A stretch of DNA of 64,000 bases from Pseudomonas phage PaBG. Made by a program: the position numbers and the translations under genes. The number at the start of each line of letters is the position of its first letter. Position 1 is the stretch's first letter. The stretch lies in sequence record KF147891.1. The stretch is one strand, 5' to 3'. Below are positions 1 to 10,500 of the stretch, piece after piece. The notes under the pieces are model-generated. The model was not told where the DNA came from, searched no databases, and saw nothing but the letters and a program-made list of their open reading frames with translations.

Positions 1-506
1 AGTTCATCGGCGACGAAGACGCGCAGTTCAGTCTCGACGGTAGCCAATTGCGTGTCCACGGCAAAGGCTTCACTGTGAGTCTGCCGGAAACTCAAGCCGA
101 CGAAAGCTACTTCGATTTGGTTCCGCAGTATCTGAAAGCCCTCACCGAGCCGAAGACCAAGATCAAGTTCAAGACCGAGGCGTTGAAGACGGTCGACAAC
201 ATGTTCGCCATCATTACCGAAGATACCAAGATGGCGTTCTCCGTCGGCAAGAAGGGTGTCGAGATTCGCATGACCACACGTAGCGGCGAAGTCAGCGATG
301 AGTTCAAGGCGGCCGTTGATGGCGAGAAGCGCACTGCGCATATCGATCCGCGCATCCTGAATGACCTGCTCAAGAAAGCCAAGGGTGATGAGATTCCGAT
401 GGAGTTTTACGTCGGCAAGAAAGGCACCTCGTCGTGCTTCAAGATCATTTCCAAGCAGAGTGACACTGCGCGCCTTACTCAGATTGGTACCTTCTATGAC
501 GAATGA
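1..506 (+). CDS. hypothetical protein, 5' partial (reading frame open to window start; frame 3)
   Basis: ORF 48..506 continues in frame upstream to nt 3 with no stop. Alternating hydrophobic/charged beta-strand-like composition weakly reminiscent of sliding clamps; not assignable. Confidence 0.5.
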   Translation, partial: FIGDEDAQFSLDGSQLRVHGKGFTVSLPETQADESYFDLVPQYLKALTEPKTKIKFKTEALKTVDNMFAIITEDTKMAFSVGKKGVEIRMTTRSGEVSDEFKAAVDGEKRTAHIDPRILNDLLKKAKGDEIPMEFYVGKKGTSSCFKIISKQSDTARLTQIGTFYDE

Positions 507-933
507 TGTCAGCCCGATCTTTAGTATCGCGGATGACATTGAAATCACCAGCAAGGGTGTAAATACCTTTGAGCGGCTGGGTGCTGCGCATGACGGTTAT
601 CACATAGCCGTCTTCTTTCGCCCAGTCGTGCAGGCGTCACTCCGCATCGACCACAAGAACCCGATCATCCTGAACCGATTCTGCACGATGTACAACTTCG
701 TGAACAATCGTGGTACCGTGTACGGGCACCTGTTCGTAGTGAACGAGACCAAGCTGGAGATCATCGACAACCGCATGATTATCCGTTGCAACCAGCGCGA
801 AAAGTACGACTTCGAGGCGCTGACCTTGAGCAACGAGAAGACCAAACTGCTGTTCTTCAAAAGCAGCTCAGGCTGCCTGCTGGTGCTCAGCGCTGGCAAC
901 GAACAGTCCGAATACCTTATCAAGGAGGCGTAA
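496..933 (+). CDS. hypothetical protein
   Basis: ATG at 496 (MTNDVSPIF...) overlaps the upstream stop (ATGACGAATGA). The track start at 361 is rejected because it overlaps the upstream gene by 145 nt. Confidence 0.55.
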   Translation: MTNDVSPIFSIADDIEITSKGVNTFERLGAAHDGYHIAVFFRPVVQASLRIDHKNPIILNRFCTMYNFVNNRGTVYGHLFVVNETKLEIIDNRMIIRCNQREKYDFEALTLSNEKTKLLFFKSSSGCLLVLSAGNEQSEYLIKEA

Positions 934-1464
934 ATGGACAAAGAGGATTTGGATCATCTGCGTCGAATCGTCAAGCGCGATGAGAAGTACAAGCGCTTCA
1001 AGGCCGCTGTCGATAAGAACCCGAACCTGCAATTGGCGTTCGAGGACCTGCACGATGAGATTGATCGGATGCAGCGCACGCGCTCCGTCCGCTCTCTGAA
1101 TCGCAAGGACAAGGACTTCACCAACTCCGTGATCGATGCGATGCTCATGGACGTTCGCTACCGGGGTCGCCTTGCTGAGATTCTTGCATCTTGTCTGGCT
1201 ATCACAGGAGGTTTTCAGGAGACGTTGCTTAACCTGCGTGATTACCTGCTGCTTGAGTACAGCGGCCGCCTTGGCAAGCATCGCACAACGAAAGACGAGC
1301 GGCGCAATTTCATGGAGAACGTCCTCCGTCCGTTCTTCCGTTACATCCACAAGGTGGAGCAACTGAAAGCCCACGCTGAGTTGATCGTCGCTGACATCGA
1401 CAAGACCAGCTATACCTACACCAACCTGGTAGCTGCCATCAAGCTGTTGGGGAAAGGCGAGTAA
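934..1464 (+). CDS. hypothetical protein
   Basis: Strong SD AGGAGG at 924-929 and ATG at 934 immediately after the upstream TAA; 176 aa. Confidence 0.65.
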   Translation: MDKEDLDHLRRIVKRDEKYKRFKAAVDKNPNLQLAFEDLHDEIDRMQRTRSVRSLNRKDKDFTNSVIDAMLMDVRYRGRLAEILASCLAITGGFQETLLNLRDYLLLEYSGRLGKHRTTKDERRNFMENVLRPFFRYIHKVEQLKAHAELIVADIDKTSYTYTNLVAAIKLLGKGE

Positions 1465-1471
1465 CTCGAAC

Positions 1472-3067
1472 ATGGCTGACATTATTGTCCGTGAGCGCAT
1501 GTACATCCCCAGCTATCTGGTGGATGAGCGCGACGTGAAGAAAAGGTACGTCCATCGGTTTTACGAGGAGTCGGCCTGTCGAAAATGTGATAACCGTTCC
1601 GAGCGGCACAACTACGTCTGCCAGAAGTGCCCGGCGTACACTGGCAAGAACGTCACCGTCAATGAGAAGATCGTCGATGGCGTTCACTACTACGGCATCC
1701 CATTGGGTGAACGCAAGAACCTGAAAGCTCATCTTGGTATCAAACCCAAGCGCCATACCTTCATCGACCTGCGCACAAAAGCAAAGCGCCGCTACGATGT
1801 CCGCATGGTGAACTTCAAGCCGTTCGATTACCAAGAACCTGCTGTCGAAAAGCTCGGCGATGCAGGTTTTGGCATTCTCAAAGCGCCGCCACGTTCCGGT
1901 AAGACTCCGACCATGCTCTACACGGGCATCAAGAAGTTCCCGTACCGCATCTGCATCATCGCTGACCAGAAGGAGTTCCTCGATCAGTTTCTGGCACACG
2001 TCGAGGAATTTACCAACCTGCCGCAGCTGGAGAAGAAGTACAAGAAGAAACTCTATGGTTACGGCAAGAAGCCCGAGGACTTCAAGAACTTCGAGATTAT
2101 CGTCTGCACCTACCAGACGTTCCTGAGCGAGAAAGGCAAGAAGCTGCTCAAGCTCCTGAACAAGAACTACGGCACTGTGTTCGTGGACGAGGTGCATTCC
2201 TCAGGTGCATTGAAATACTCCGAGTTCCTGAATGAGCTGGCAATGCGTGTGCGTATCGGTGCGACCGGTACCGACGACCGCAAGGACGGCAAGTACAAGA
2301 TCGTCGAACAGATCATGGGGCCCGTCACTGCGCTGATCGAACGTGACCAGTTGCAGGCGCAAGTCTTCGTGCATCCGTTGGACTTCGTGAAGTCCAAGAG
2401 CCAGTACAAAGGCCGCGCTGGCTTCACCTATTGTGTGAACTTCCTGAGTAAACACAAGAAGCGCAACCAGTTCATCGTTGACTGGGTGATGAAAGACTTG
2501 GAGAAAGGGCACAACCTGTTGATCCCTGTGTTCCGTAAAGAGCACGTCTGGGAACTGGTCAAGATGATCAACGACGAGGCTGGCAAGAAGATTGCTGATG
2601 GCTTCGTTGGTGGTGCCAAGAACAAGAAGGACATCGAGCGCAGACGTGAGGTACTGGAGAAGGCCAAGTCCGGCAAGATTCGCGTGGTCATCGGCATTCG
2701 CTCGCTGATGCAACGCGGCCTGAACGTCCCTCGCTGGAGCATGATCTACGGCGTCATGCCTATCAACAACGAACCAAACTGGAAGCAAGAGTCGTCGCGT
2801 GTGCTCACCCCGTTCGAAGGTAAGCGCAAGCCCGGCATCCGGCTCTTTGTGGACGAGCACATTGGGTTGACCTTGGGTTGCTTTGCTGGCACGTACAAGC
2901 AATGCCTCAAGTTCAAGCACAAGCCAACTGAGGTGGCAAGTGAACGAGCAATCAAACTCTTGGAGAAGCACCAAAGCCGCCGCGGTGGACGAGGCGGTGA
3001 CTTCATGGAGGACACCAAAGCAGTGCGATCAACCCCGAGAGCACTCGGCCGTCCATTCGGAGATTAA
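1472..3067 (+). CDS. SF2 (DEAD/DEAH-like) DNA/RNA helicase with N-terminal C4 zinc finger
   Basis: Walker A PPRSGKT, Walker B/motif II VFVDEVH, motif III GATGT, a C-terminal RecA-like domain, and an N-terminal CRKC...CQKC zinc finger. Confidence 0.75.
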   Translation: MADIIVRERMYIPSYLVDERDVKKRYVHRFYEESACRKCDNRSERHNYVCQKCPAYTGKNVTVNEKIVDGVHYYGIPLGERKNLKAHLGIKPKRHTFIDLRTKAKRRYDVRMVNFKPFDYQEPAVEKLGDAGFGILKAPPRSGKTPTMLYTGIKKFPYRICIIADQKEFLDQFLAHVEEFTNLPQLEKKYKKKLYGYGKKPEDFKNFEIIVCTYQTFLSEKGKKLLKLLNKNYGTVFVDEVHSSGALKYSEFLNELAMRVRIGATGTDDRKDGKYKIVEQIMGPVTALIERDQLQAQVFVHPLDFVKSKSQYKGRAGFTYCVNFLSKHKKRNQFIVDWVMKDLEKGHNLLIPVFRKEHVWELVKMINDEAGKKIADGFVGGAKNKKDIERRREVLEKAKSGKIRVVIGIRSLMQRGLNVPRWSMIYGVMPINNEPNWKQESSRVLTPFEGKRKPGIRLFVDEHIGLTLGCFAGTYKQCLKFKHKPTEVASERAIKLLEKHQSRRGGRGGDFMEDTKAVRSTPRALGRPFGD

Positions 3068-3143
3068 GCTGGTAGTTCATGAGGCCAAGATTCATCTTGG
3101 GCCCTCAGGACTCAAAGAGTACCACGGTCGTCAAGAGACGGCC

Positions 3144-3545
3144 GTGCTTGCCGGCATACTGCACAAGTCCGCATGTCGGCATAAGGTCTGGCGCCGCGTA
3201 GTCGCCAACGCCGTCGAGACGGAAAACTCCGTGTTGCTGCTCGAAGGGCCTGAGGCCAGATTCGAGGCCGACAAGGTGTGCAAGTACGTCAAAGGTGATG
3301 TGGACGTGATGTCACCTGCTGAGTACCTGCAATCTGTAAACAGAGCAAAGATAGTCTTCTGTCCAGTCGCACCCAGTATGATCAAGGCATATCCAGACCT
3401 GATCAACGTGTTGCTGGACGCTAACGAATTGCATACGATACTCTCCTATGACCAAGCGCAGGAAAGATTTCTTACAAGACTTAGACAACGAGCTGCAAAG
3501 CGTCGATCCCAAGTCTCTACGCTCATCTATCGCGAAGGAAGATGA
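3144..3545 (+). CDS. possible hypothetical protein with non-ATG (GTG) start; alternative ATG at 3309
   Basis: The reading frame stays open from 3068 to 3545 with no ATG before 3309. The genome is otherwise gene-dense, so a GTG/TTG-initiated gene is plausible. Overlaps the start of the 3448 ORF by ~100 nt. Confidence 0.25.
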   Translation: MLAGILHKSACRHKVWRRVVANAVETENSVLLLEGPEARFEADKVCKYVKGDVDVMSPAEYLQSVNRAKIVFCPVAPSMIKAYPDLINVLLDANELHTILSYDQAQERFLTRLRQRAAKRRSQVSTLIYREGR

Positions 3546-4257
3546 GGTTGCCCTGAATTTCCGCTTCGATAACGTCCGCCAGAAGCTGCTCAAGTCGCGT
3601 GGTGTTGACGGCTACCCGTTCAGTCTGGCGCGTTCCCCGTTTGTGTTGGAGGATGCCCTGGTGCGGATCAAGCCGATCGTCCTCGACGTTCAGGCCCTCG
3701 CAAAGAAGACCCAGAACGAACAGCGCGACGCCGTTGCCCTGCTCCAGTCCAAGCACGCCATCACGTGGTTGCCGGAAGAGTTTGTGATGCGCAGCGTGTC
3801 GATCAAGAAGCAGCTCGCCAACATCCACAAGGTGATGGAGAACCCGCTTCGTGGTAGTTACACGATGGCGATTGGCAGTTATCCGAGCGACACTAGAGCC
3901 AAGCTGCTGGCGCTAAACTTCATGGATCGTGCGATTACGGCACAGCAAGCCGGCCAGCATCGTGGACGTGCGTACCCACTCTGGCACACTCTCTACGGTA
4001 ACCAGTGGGACAGCCTGCGCGACGCCCGCGAGGAAGAGCATTTCAGTATGCTCATCATCACCAACGTCGGCATGGACAGCAGCACAACCAAGCTGGAGAA
4101 GCTGCGCGACTTGCTGGTGAAGTACGGTAACGTGCCAAAGATCGTCGTCGTCAACGGCTGCGATCCCGTGACCTTCTTCGCTGAGAAGGTGCGCCTACCC
4201 CTCAACTATGCGTTCTACCTGTCGGCGGAACAAAAAGCCTCTATCATGGACATCTAA
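3448..4257 (+). CDS. hypothetical protein
   Basis: 269-aa ORF on the + strand; no recognisable motif. Confidence 0.55.
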   Translation: MTKRRKDFLQDLDNELQSVDPKSLRSSIAKEDEVALNFRFDNVRQKLLKSRGVDGYPFSLARSPFVLEDALVRIKPIVLDVQALAKKTQNEQRDAVALLQSKHAITWLPEEFVMRSVSIKKQLANIHKVMENPLRGSYTMAIGSYPSDTRAKLLALNFMDRAITAQQAGQHRGRAYPLWHTLYGNQWDSLRDAREEEHFSMLIITNVGMDSSTTKLEKLRDLLVKYGNVPKIVVVNGCDPVTFFAEKVRLPLNYAFYLSAEQKASIMDI

Positions 4258-4259
4258 AC

Positions 4260-5093
4260 ATGGGACCACAAGCCACGCTCCTGGATGAAATCGACGAAAT
4301 GATCGATGCCATCAAGCAAACGCACTCCAACATGGAGCGCGTGTATGCCGTCTACCTTCCGCACTTCCCGGAGCAGTCCAAGGTCATCGATGATCTGAAC
4401 CAGTTGATCAACGCCGCCGACAGTCCTGATTCCACGCCAGTTGCGCGTCACGATAAGTCAGGCGCCCTGGTCAAAGTGGACAGTGGCCTGAACATCGCAC
4501 AAGATGTCCAGCGTATCCGCGAACAGCAGCAGACGGTAGAGGCTGAACAGCCGAAGGAAAAGACGCAGGAGGAAATGAAGGAAGAGTGGGGCAGCATGGC
4601 GTTGCGCACCCTGTTCCGAAAGATCAACCAGCTCTGCCATCCTGACAAGTGCAAACGGTTCAGTCACATTGAGGTGAAGAAACTCCGCGAGGTGTTTGAC
4701 GACGCTCATCGCGCCTACGCCGACCGTGATCGATATACGCTGAATCTGCTGTTCATCCGTGCCTGCTACATCCGCGGAGAACTGGATCGCCTGCCTCGTG
4801 AAGTGGTGCAGGACATCCAGAAGCGCCACACCGATCTGGTGCTGGACTTCCAGGCTCTCGCCATGCACCCGTTGTATCAGGTGCTGTTTGCCCACATGCA
4901 AGGACAGCACTACACGGCCAAGATCAAGTTCGGTGAGTTTCTGGTTACGCACATCCAGCGGTTGAACGATGAGCTGGAGCGTGTCCGTAAACTCAACGCC
5001 GCGACCAAGGCCATGTTTGATGAACTACATGCCGCCCACGAGGAGAAGAAATTCAAAGATACCGTGGACATGGTCGAATCCTCTGCCGATTAA
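4260..5093 (+). CDS. J-domain (DnaJ-like) protein
   Basis: LRTLFRKINQLCHPDKC ... FDDAHRAYAD matches J-domain helix II-HPD-helix III. Followed by a strong terminator. Confidence 0.65.
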   Translation: MGPQATLLDEIDEMIDAIKQTHSNMERVYAVYLPHFPEQSKVIDDLNQLINAADSPDSTPVARHDKSGALVKVDSGLNIAQDVQRIREQQQTVEAEQPKEKTQEEMKEEWGSMALRTLFRKINQLCHPDKCKRFSHIEVKKLREVFDDAHRAYADRDRYTLNLLFIRACYIRGELDRLPREVVQDIQKRHTDLVLDFQALAMHPLYQVLFAHMQGQHYTAKIKFGEFLVTHIQRLNDELERVRKLNAATKAMFDELHAAHEEKKFKDTVDMVESSAD

Positions 5094-5097
5094 CCCA

Positions 5098-5127
5098 AAC
5101 GGAGCCCATTGCGGCTCCGTTTTTCGT
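5098..5127 (+). terminator. rho-independent terminator
   Basis: GGAGCC-CATTGC-GGCTCC hairpin followed by TTTTTCGTTT. Confidence 0.75.
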
Positions 5128-5202
5128 TTCCGTCAACCAGTTCGTTGGTGTGCTAATTTACTCCGTACAATGTCAGTCATGGTTTCGTTGTACCATAGAC
5201 GG

Positions 5203-5231
5203 TTGTCCAGTGTTTCCATACCAACTATACG
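5203..5231 (+). promoter_or_regulatory. weak sigma70-like promoter candidate upstream of the sheath gene
   Basis: TTGTCC-17 nt-TATACG, about 25 nt upstream of ATG 5256; SD GGAG at 5245. Confidence 0.25.
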
Positions 5232-5255
5232 AGAAACTGTTGACGGAGACCTAAC

Positions 5256-6899
5256 ATGGTCAGTAAAGTTCATCCCAGTGCCGGTGTATATCCGAATGAA
5301 AAGGATATGTCCGTGCGCGCCGCCGCGGCCTCGACTTCCATTGTCGGTACCGTAGGTGAAGCCTCCATGGGCGCGGTCAATGTGATCGTGGACATCTTCG
5401 ACAACGAAGACCTGCGCTCCAAATTCGGCACGCCCAACGCGCAGAAGTACGGATTCGCTCTGTACTGTGCCGAACAGGCGCTTTCCCAAACCAAGGCCCT
5501 CAAGTTCATCCGTGTGGTAAACACCGATGCGCTGACTGCTGGTGCCTACCTAACCATTGACGACCCGGCTCAAACCATTCCGAACGTCCGTCTGAACGTC
5601 TTCGATGACGGCAGCAACAACCCTCGCGGTGTCTGGGACCCGGAAAACAACCTGGGCTTCACGGCAGATCAAGATGCCGTGGATCGCGTGCTCGGTTACT
5701 TCGCCGCAGCCAACCCGGGTGCGTGGAACGACCGCCTGAGCATCAAGGTACGTCCGTCGAATCCGAGCGGTGTTGACGTGAGCGACGAACGCCACTACAA
5801 CCCGTACCAGTTCTGGGTAGATGTTTACCTGGACTTCAAGAACGCCAACAGCCGTCCGGTGGAATCCTACCTGGTTAGCCGCGTTTACGAGCTGAACGGT
5901 GACGGCGATCAGATGTACTGGGAAGACGCGATCAACCTGCGTTCGCGCTATATCCGCGTCAAGAACAACCCGTTCTGCGGTCCGGTCAAGATCAAGAAGG
6001 AAGCCTTCGAGTTCCTGAAAGGCGGCAGCGATGGTACTCGCCCGACCGAGGCGCAGATCGCCGCAGCTTACGAGGAATTTGCCGATACCGAAACGGTTGA
6101 CGTGAACATCCTCATGAACTCCGGTTACACCACGCCGCTGGTTCAGCGCAAGATGGTGAGCATCTGTGAGAATCGCGGCGACGCGCTCGCAGTGCTGGAC
6201 GTACCGGATGCGGAACACGAAGCTGCCCGTGCCGTGAACTACGCCACGAACACGCTCAACGTGAACTCCAGCTACGCCGGTTTGTACACGCCGTTCGTGC
6301 AAATCCGCGATACGCACAACGACAAGACCCTGTTCATTCCGCCGTCTGGTCATGTGTGTGCTGCTATGGCGTACACCGACTACAACCGTGCCGTCTGGTT
6401 CGCACCTGCTGGTCTGTCTCGTGGTACCGTCAAGGTCCTGGGCATTCGCACCAAGTACAACCAAGGTGCACGCGATGCGCTCGACCGTGCCCACATCAAC
6501 CCGATTCGCAACATCCCGGGTCGTGGTTACGTCATCATGGGCCAAGAAACCCTGCAAGCGTTCGCGTCCGCATTCAGCAACATCAACGTCCGCCGTCTGG
6601 TCAACTTCGTCAAGAAGTCGCTGGCGTCTGCGTGTGCAGTCTCCAACTTCGATCCGAACGATTCGATCACACGCCTCAGCCTGAAAGGTATCTGCGACGA
6701 CTTCCTGCGTCCGATCCGACAGGGCCGCGGCCTGTATGCGTTCGAGATTGTGTGCGATATGCGCAACAACGACCCGGCAGACATCGCCAATGGCGACCTG
6801 GTGCTGGATGTCTACCTCGACCCGGTCATCCCGGCCAAGCGTGTCCATGTGACATCGCACATCATGCCGACCGGCACGTACTTCGACGAAAACAACTGA
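5256..6899 (+). CDS. contractile tail sheath protein (gp18/FI-like)
   Basis: The C-terminal half has the conserved sheath core (WFAPAGLSRG, INVRRLVNFVKKSL, FEIVCDMRNNDP...) resembling T4 gp18. 547 aa, preceded by a terminator plus promoter candidate. Confidence 0.8.
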   Translation: MVSKVHPSAGVYPNEKDMSVRAAAASTSIVGTVGEASMGAVNVIVDIFDNEDLRSKFGTPNAQKYGFALYCAEQALSQTKALKFIRVVNTDALTAGAYLTIDDPAQTIPNVRLNVFDDGSNNPRGVWDPENNLGFTADQDAVDRVLGYFAAANPGAWNDRLSIKVRPSNPSGVDVSDERHYNPYQFWVDVYLDFKNANSRPVESYLVSRVYELNGDGDQMYWEDAINLRSRYIRVKNNPFCGPVKIKKEAFEFLKGGSDGTRPTEAQIAAAYEEFADTETVDVNILMNSGYTTPLVQRKMVSICENRGDALAVLDVPDAEHEAARAVNYATNTLNVNSSYAGLYTPFVQIRDTHNDKTLFIPPSGHVCAAMAYTDYNRAVWFAPAGLSRGTVKVLGIRTKYNQGARDALDRAHINPIRNIPGRGYVIMGQETLQAFASAFSNINVRRLVNFVKKSLASACAVSNFDPNDSITRLSLKGICDDFLRPIRQGRGLYAFEIVCDMRNNDPADIANGDLVLDVYLDPVIPAKRVHVTSHIMPTGTYFDENN

Positions 6900-6909
6900 G
6901 AGGCGGAAA

Positions 6910-7554
6910 ATGTCTGAACTTCGTCTGGACCAACTGATTGACGATCTGGAGTCCATCTCCAATCTTCAAAACATGGACCCGCTGAACCCGATCGTGGTTC
7001 GCCTGTCCCACCCGACCAACCGTACCGTCACCGTAGTGGTGTGCGCGCAGAAAGAGCCCTCGCTGCTCATCCTGCCGCTGAACGTCACCTGGATCGACTT
7101 CGATCCGCTGTCGGCCAACTATCGCAAAGCACTGCGCCGCGTCTCCAAGGACGTGGATACCGTGCACGGTCGTGACCACACCTGGGAAATCATCGAGAAC
7201 TACAACGATGTCTTCGTCACCCAGTATTACGACGCCGAAGACACCGCTCAACTGACCACACAGAACCCGGTGCCGGCCGCCTCGCCGACCATCATGGGTG
7301 TGGCCCGTATCTCGGTTCCGGCCCAAGTGTCGAGCAACCCCGTCGTGGTAGCCGAAGGCGACCCGCGTCTGTCCGACGCTCGTCCGCCGACTGGCCACAC
7401 GCACGAAGAAGTGCCTGCAACCCAGATCAAAACGTCCACGGGTGTTGTCACCATCGGCGGCAGCGAAGCTCCCGTCGCCGGCGCTGCTCTCGTAGCAACC
7501 GGTCCGACTACCGCCGTATGGCGTAAGCTGACCACCTCGGACATCCAGAACTGA
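6910..7554 (+). CDS. fibre N-terminal-domain paralog (DPRLSDARPPTGHTH motif)
   Basis: The 214-aa product aligns along its length with residues ~20-210 of the following 1524-aa fibre (NPIVVRL../NPIPVQL.., VTWIDFDP/VSWIVVDP, PRLSDARPP.HTH / ARMSNARTP.HTH). Confidence 0.6.
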   Translation: MSELRLDQLIDDLESISNLQNMDPLNPIVVRLSHPTNRTVTVVVCAQKEPSLLILPLNVTWIDFDPLSANYRKALRRVSKDVDTVHGRDHTWEIIENYNDVFVTQYYDAEDTAQLTTQNPVPAASPTIMGVARISVPAQVSSNPVVVAEGDPRLSDARPPTGHTHEEVPATQIKTSTGVVTIGGSEAPVAGAALVATGPTTAVWRKLTTSDIQN

Positions 7555-7570
7555 TCGGAGAAGATCGAAT

Positions 7571-10500
7571 ATGGCAACCCTGGCCGAATTCATTCGTCAG
7601 GCGGTGGCACTGGCTGACTACCGGAACCTCGCAGTGGAGAACCCGATCCCTGTGCAGCTTCCGCTGGGCAACGGCGAGAACATGACTGTTGTGGTATCCT
7701 TCATGGAGCCCAACAACGTCACTCTGCCGTTCAACGTCAGCTGGATCGTCGTCGATCCTGATTCCAACGACTACCTGAAAGTGCTGCGCCGTACCTCTGC
7801 TCTTCCGATGCCGGGCTATCGCAACACCTGGGTGGAAATCACCACCATGGAAGACCTCATCGCAGAGCCTCAGTTCTGGGACCTCAGCAGCGGGTTCAAC
7901 CTCGGTGAAGTCGAAGCTCCCCAGCTCGGTGCCGCTACGATTGACGTGCGCGGCCTTGTGCAACTGAACCGCGAGTACGCTCCTGACCGCGATAACCCGC
8001 TGGTTGTCGGCAGCAACGACGCTCGTATGTCCAACGCCCGTACTCCGCTGCCGCATACGCACCCGAAGCTCCCCATCACCATGATGCGCGGCGCTACTGG
8101 GATCAATGCGTACACGGCCAAGATCGGCACCGCCAATTCGCCGAAAGCAGGCGAGATTCTGACCATCACTGGCCCGGGTGCTCAGCCCAATGAGTGGCTG
8201 GGCGAATGGCGTCGTCCGACTGCGGCCGATCTGGTATACGACGGTCCTACGTTCGATGACCTGATCATCAACGGCCCAGTTGGCAACACCATCGACGAAA
8301 CCATGCCGTTCACGTTCTCCGCTGACGCGGCATTCAGCGATGGTCAGACCATCGTTGGCGTTGCTGCTTCGTGGTCTGTGATCGGTAACGGCCAGTACGC
8401 CTCGATCGGTACCCTGACTGGTATCTTCCAGTCGCTGGACGTTGATCAGGACCAGACCGTGCGCGTCGAAGCTCGCTGGACTCACCCGGAATCGGGCGTA
8501 CAGCGCAGCAAGTTCGTGGACATCCTCGTGGTCGACCGTACCATCCAGGTCAACCTCGTCAGCATCGAACTGAACGGTCCGGACGAAATCGAAGAAAACA
8601 GCATCGCCACGTACACCGTGACGGCGCACTTCGACAACGGCACCAGCACTGGCGTAACCCCGACGACGTTCACTTCGTCCAACCCGGGTGCCGGTGAGTT
8701 CAACGCTGAGACCGGCGTATTGGAAGTTGGTGAACTCACCACCGACCAGACCACTACGATCAGCGCGACCTACAACTTCAATGGCGTTACTCGGGATGCT
8801 ACCTTGCAGGTTAGCTGCCTGGACACCACTGTCTATCCGGCCAATGCCGTGATCGTAGGTCCGAACACCGTTGACGAAAACACCACCGTGAACTTCGTGC
8901 TGCGTGTGACCTACACCAACGGCACTCAGGTGGACGTCGCTGCTTCCGACTGGGCTTCCAGCGACGAAGAAGCAGGTACTATCAACGCGACCACAGGCGA
9001 GTTCGTGGCTGCGACCAACCTGTTCGAGGACAAGCAGACCGTACTCACGGCCAGCTACACTCTGGAAGGTCGTACCGTCAATGCGTCCAAGCAAGTGCTG
9101 GTCAAGGACGTCACTGTGTACCCGCGCAGTGCCACGATCTTGGGCATGGCTTCGGTCAACGAAGGTACCATCGCGCAGTACCAGTTCCGCGTGACGTTCA
9201 GCGACGACACCTCGGCTGTTGTTTCCGTGTCCAACTGGGCACTCGACAACCCGGCCGTCGGCACCATCAACCCGACCACCGGTCAACTCGTTGCGGCTGC
9301 CGATGTCAGTGTGGACACTCTGGGCGTCATCAGCGCCTCGTACTCCGCCAACGGCCAGACTGTGAGCGCCACGTTCAACGTGACTGTCACCGACGAGACC
9401 AACTATCCGGCGTCCGCTCGCATCGTGGGCAACGCTCAGATGGATGAGAACTCGACCCAGACCGTGACGTTCGAGGTGACCTACACCGACGGTAGCAAGG
9501 TAATCGAGTCGATCACCAACTGGGCTTCGTCCAACACCAGCGCTGCAACCATCGGTGCCGCAAGTGGCCTGGTAACCGCTGCTGTGAACCTCACGGCGAA
9601 CGGCACCACTACGATCAGCGGCAGCTTCACCCGCGATGGTCGTACCGTGACGGCCGAACTGGCGTTGACTGTGCGTGACACCACGAACTATCCTGTGAGT
9701 GCTGTCATCAACGGTCCTGCAACCATCAACGAAGGCGGGCAGGCAGACTATACGCTGGCTGTTACCTTCACCGATGGCACTACGGCAAACCGTGCAGCCA
9801 ACTGGAGCATCACTGGTGGCAACGGCGCTACGATCAATACGTCGGGTCGCGTAACTGCACCTGCAAACGTGGACGCCAACACCGGCGCTACGATCAACGC
9901 CTCGTTCACTCTGGACGGTCGTACGGTCAACGCACCTGCACGTGCAATCCAGATCATCGATACGACTGTGTATCCGAGCACGGCGCGCATCATCGGCCCG
10001 AACTCGGTCCCGGAAAACACGTCGCAGACGTACCAGCTGGAAGTTACCTTCAGCGATGCCACCAAGGCTATCGTGCCGGTTACCAACTGGGCGTCCAGTG
10101 TGCCTACTACAGGTACCATTGACGCGAACACCGGCCTGTTCAGTGCTCTGGAAACCACCGGCAACAAGGTCACCAAAATCACCGCGTCGTACACTGCACA
10201 AGGCCGCACTGTCGGCAGCGAGCTGAACATCACTGTGGTTGACGCCACCAACTATCCGGTCTCGGCCGCGATTGAAGGTCCGGCTGTCGTGGCTGAGGAT
10301 GGCACTGCGCAGTACAACCTGCGGGTGACGTTCACCGATACCACGTCGTCTTTGGTGCCAGTCACTGACTGGGCATCGAGCAACGAGGGCGTTGGCGTCA
10401 TCAACCCGACCACTGGTGCGTTTGTCGCTGCTGCAAACCTGCTGGCCGATGGCACTACCACGATCAGCGCGTCGTACACGTCCGAAGGTATCCGCGTCGA

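Noticed and set aside
361-933. Track ORF start at 361
   Set aside because: It would overlap the upstream gene by 145 nt. An internal ATG at 496, coupled to the upstream stop, is the more parsimonious start.
3131-3593. Minus-strand ORFs 3131..3406 and 3312..3593 in the low-confidence region
   Set aside because: All flanking genes are on the + strand and the translations are low complexity.
5094-5255. Possible tRNA in the longest intergenic region
   Set aside because: No acceptor-stem / T-loop (GTTCRANYC) cloverleaf could be folded by eye. The region is better explained as terminator plus promoter.
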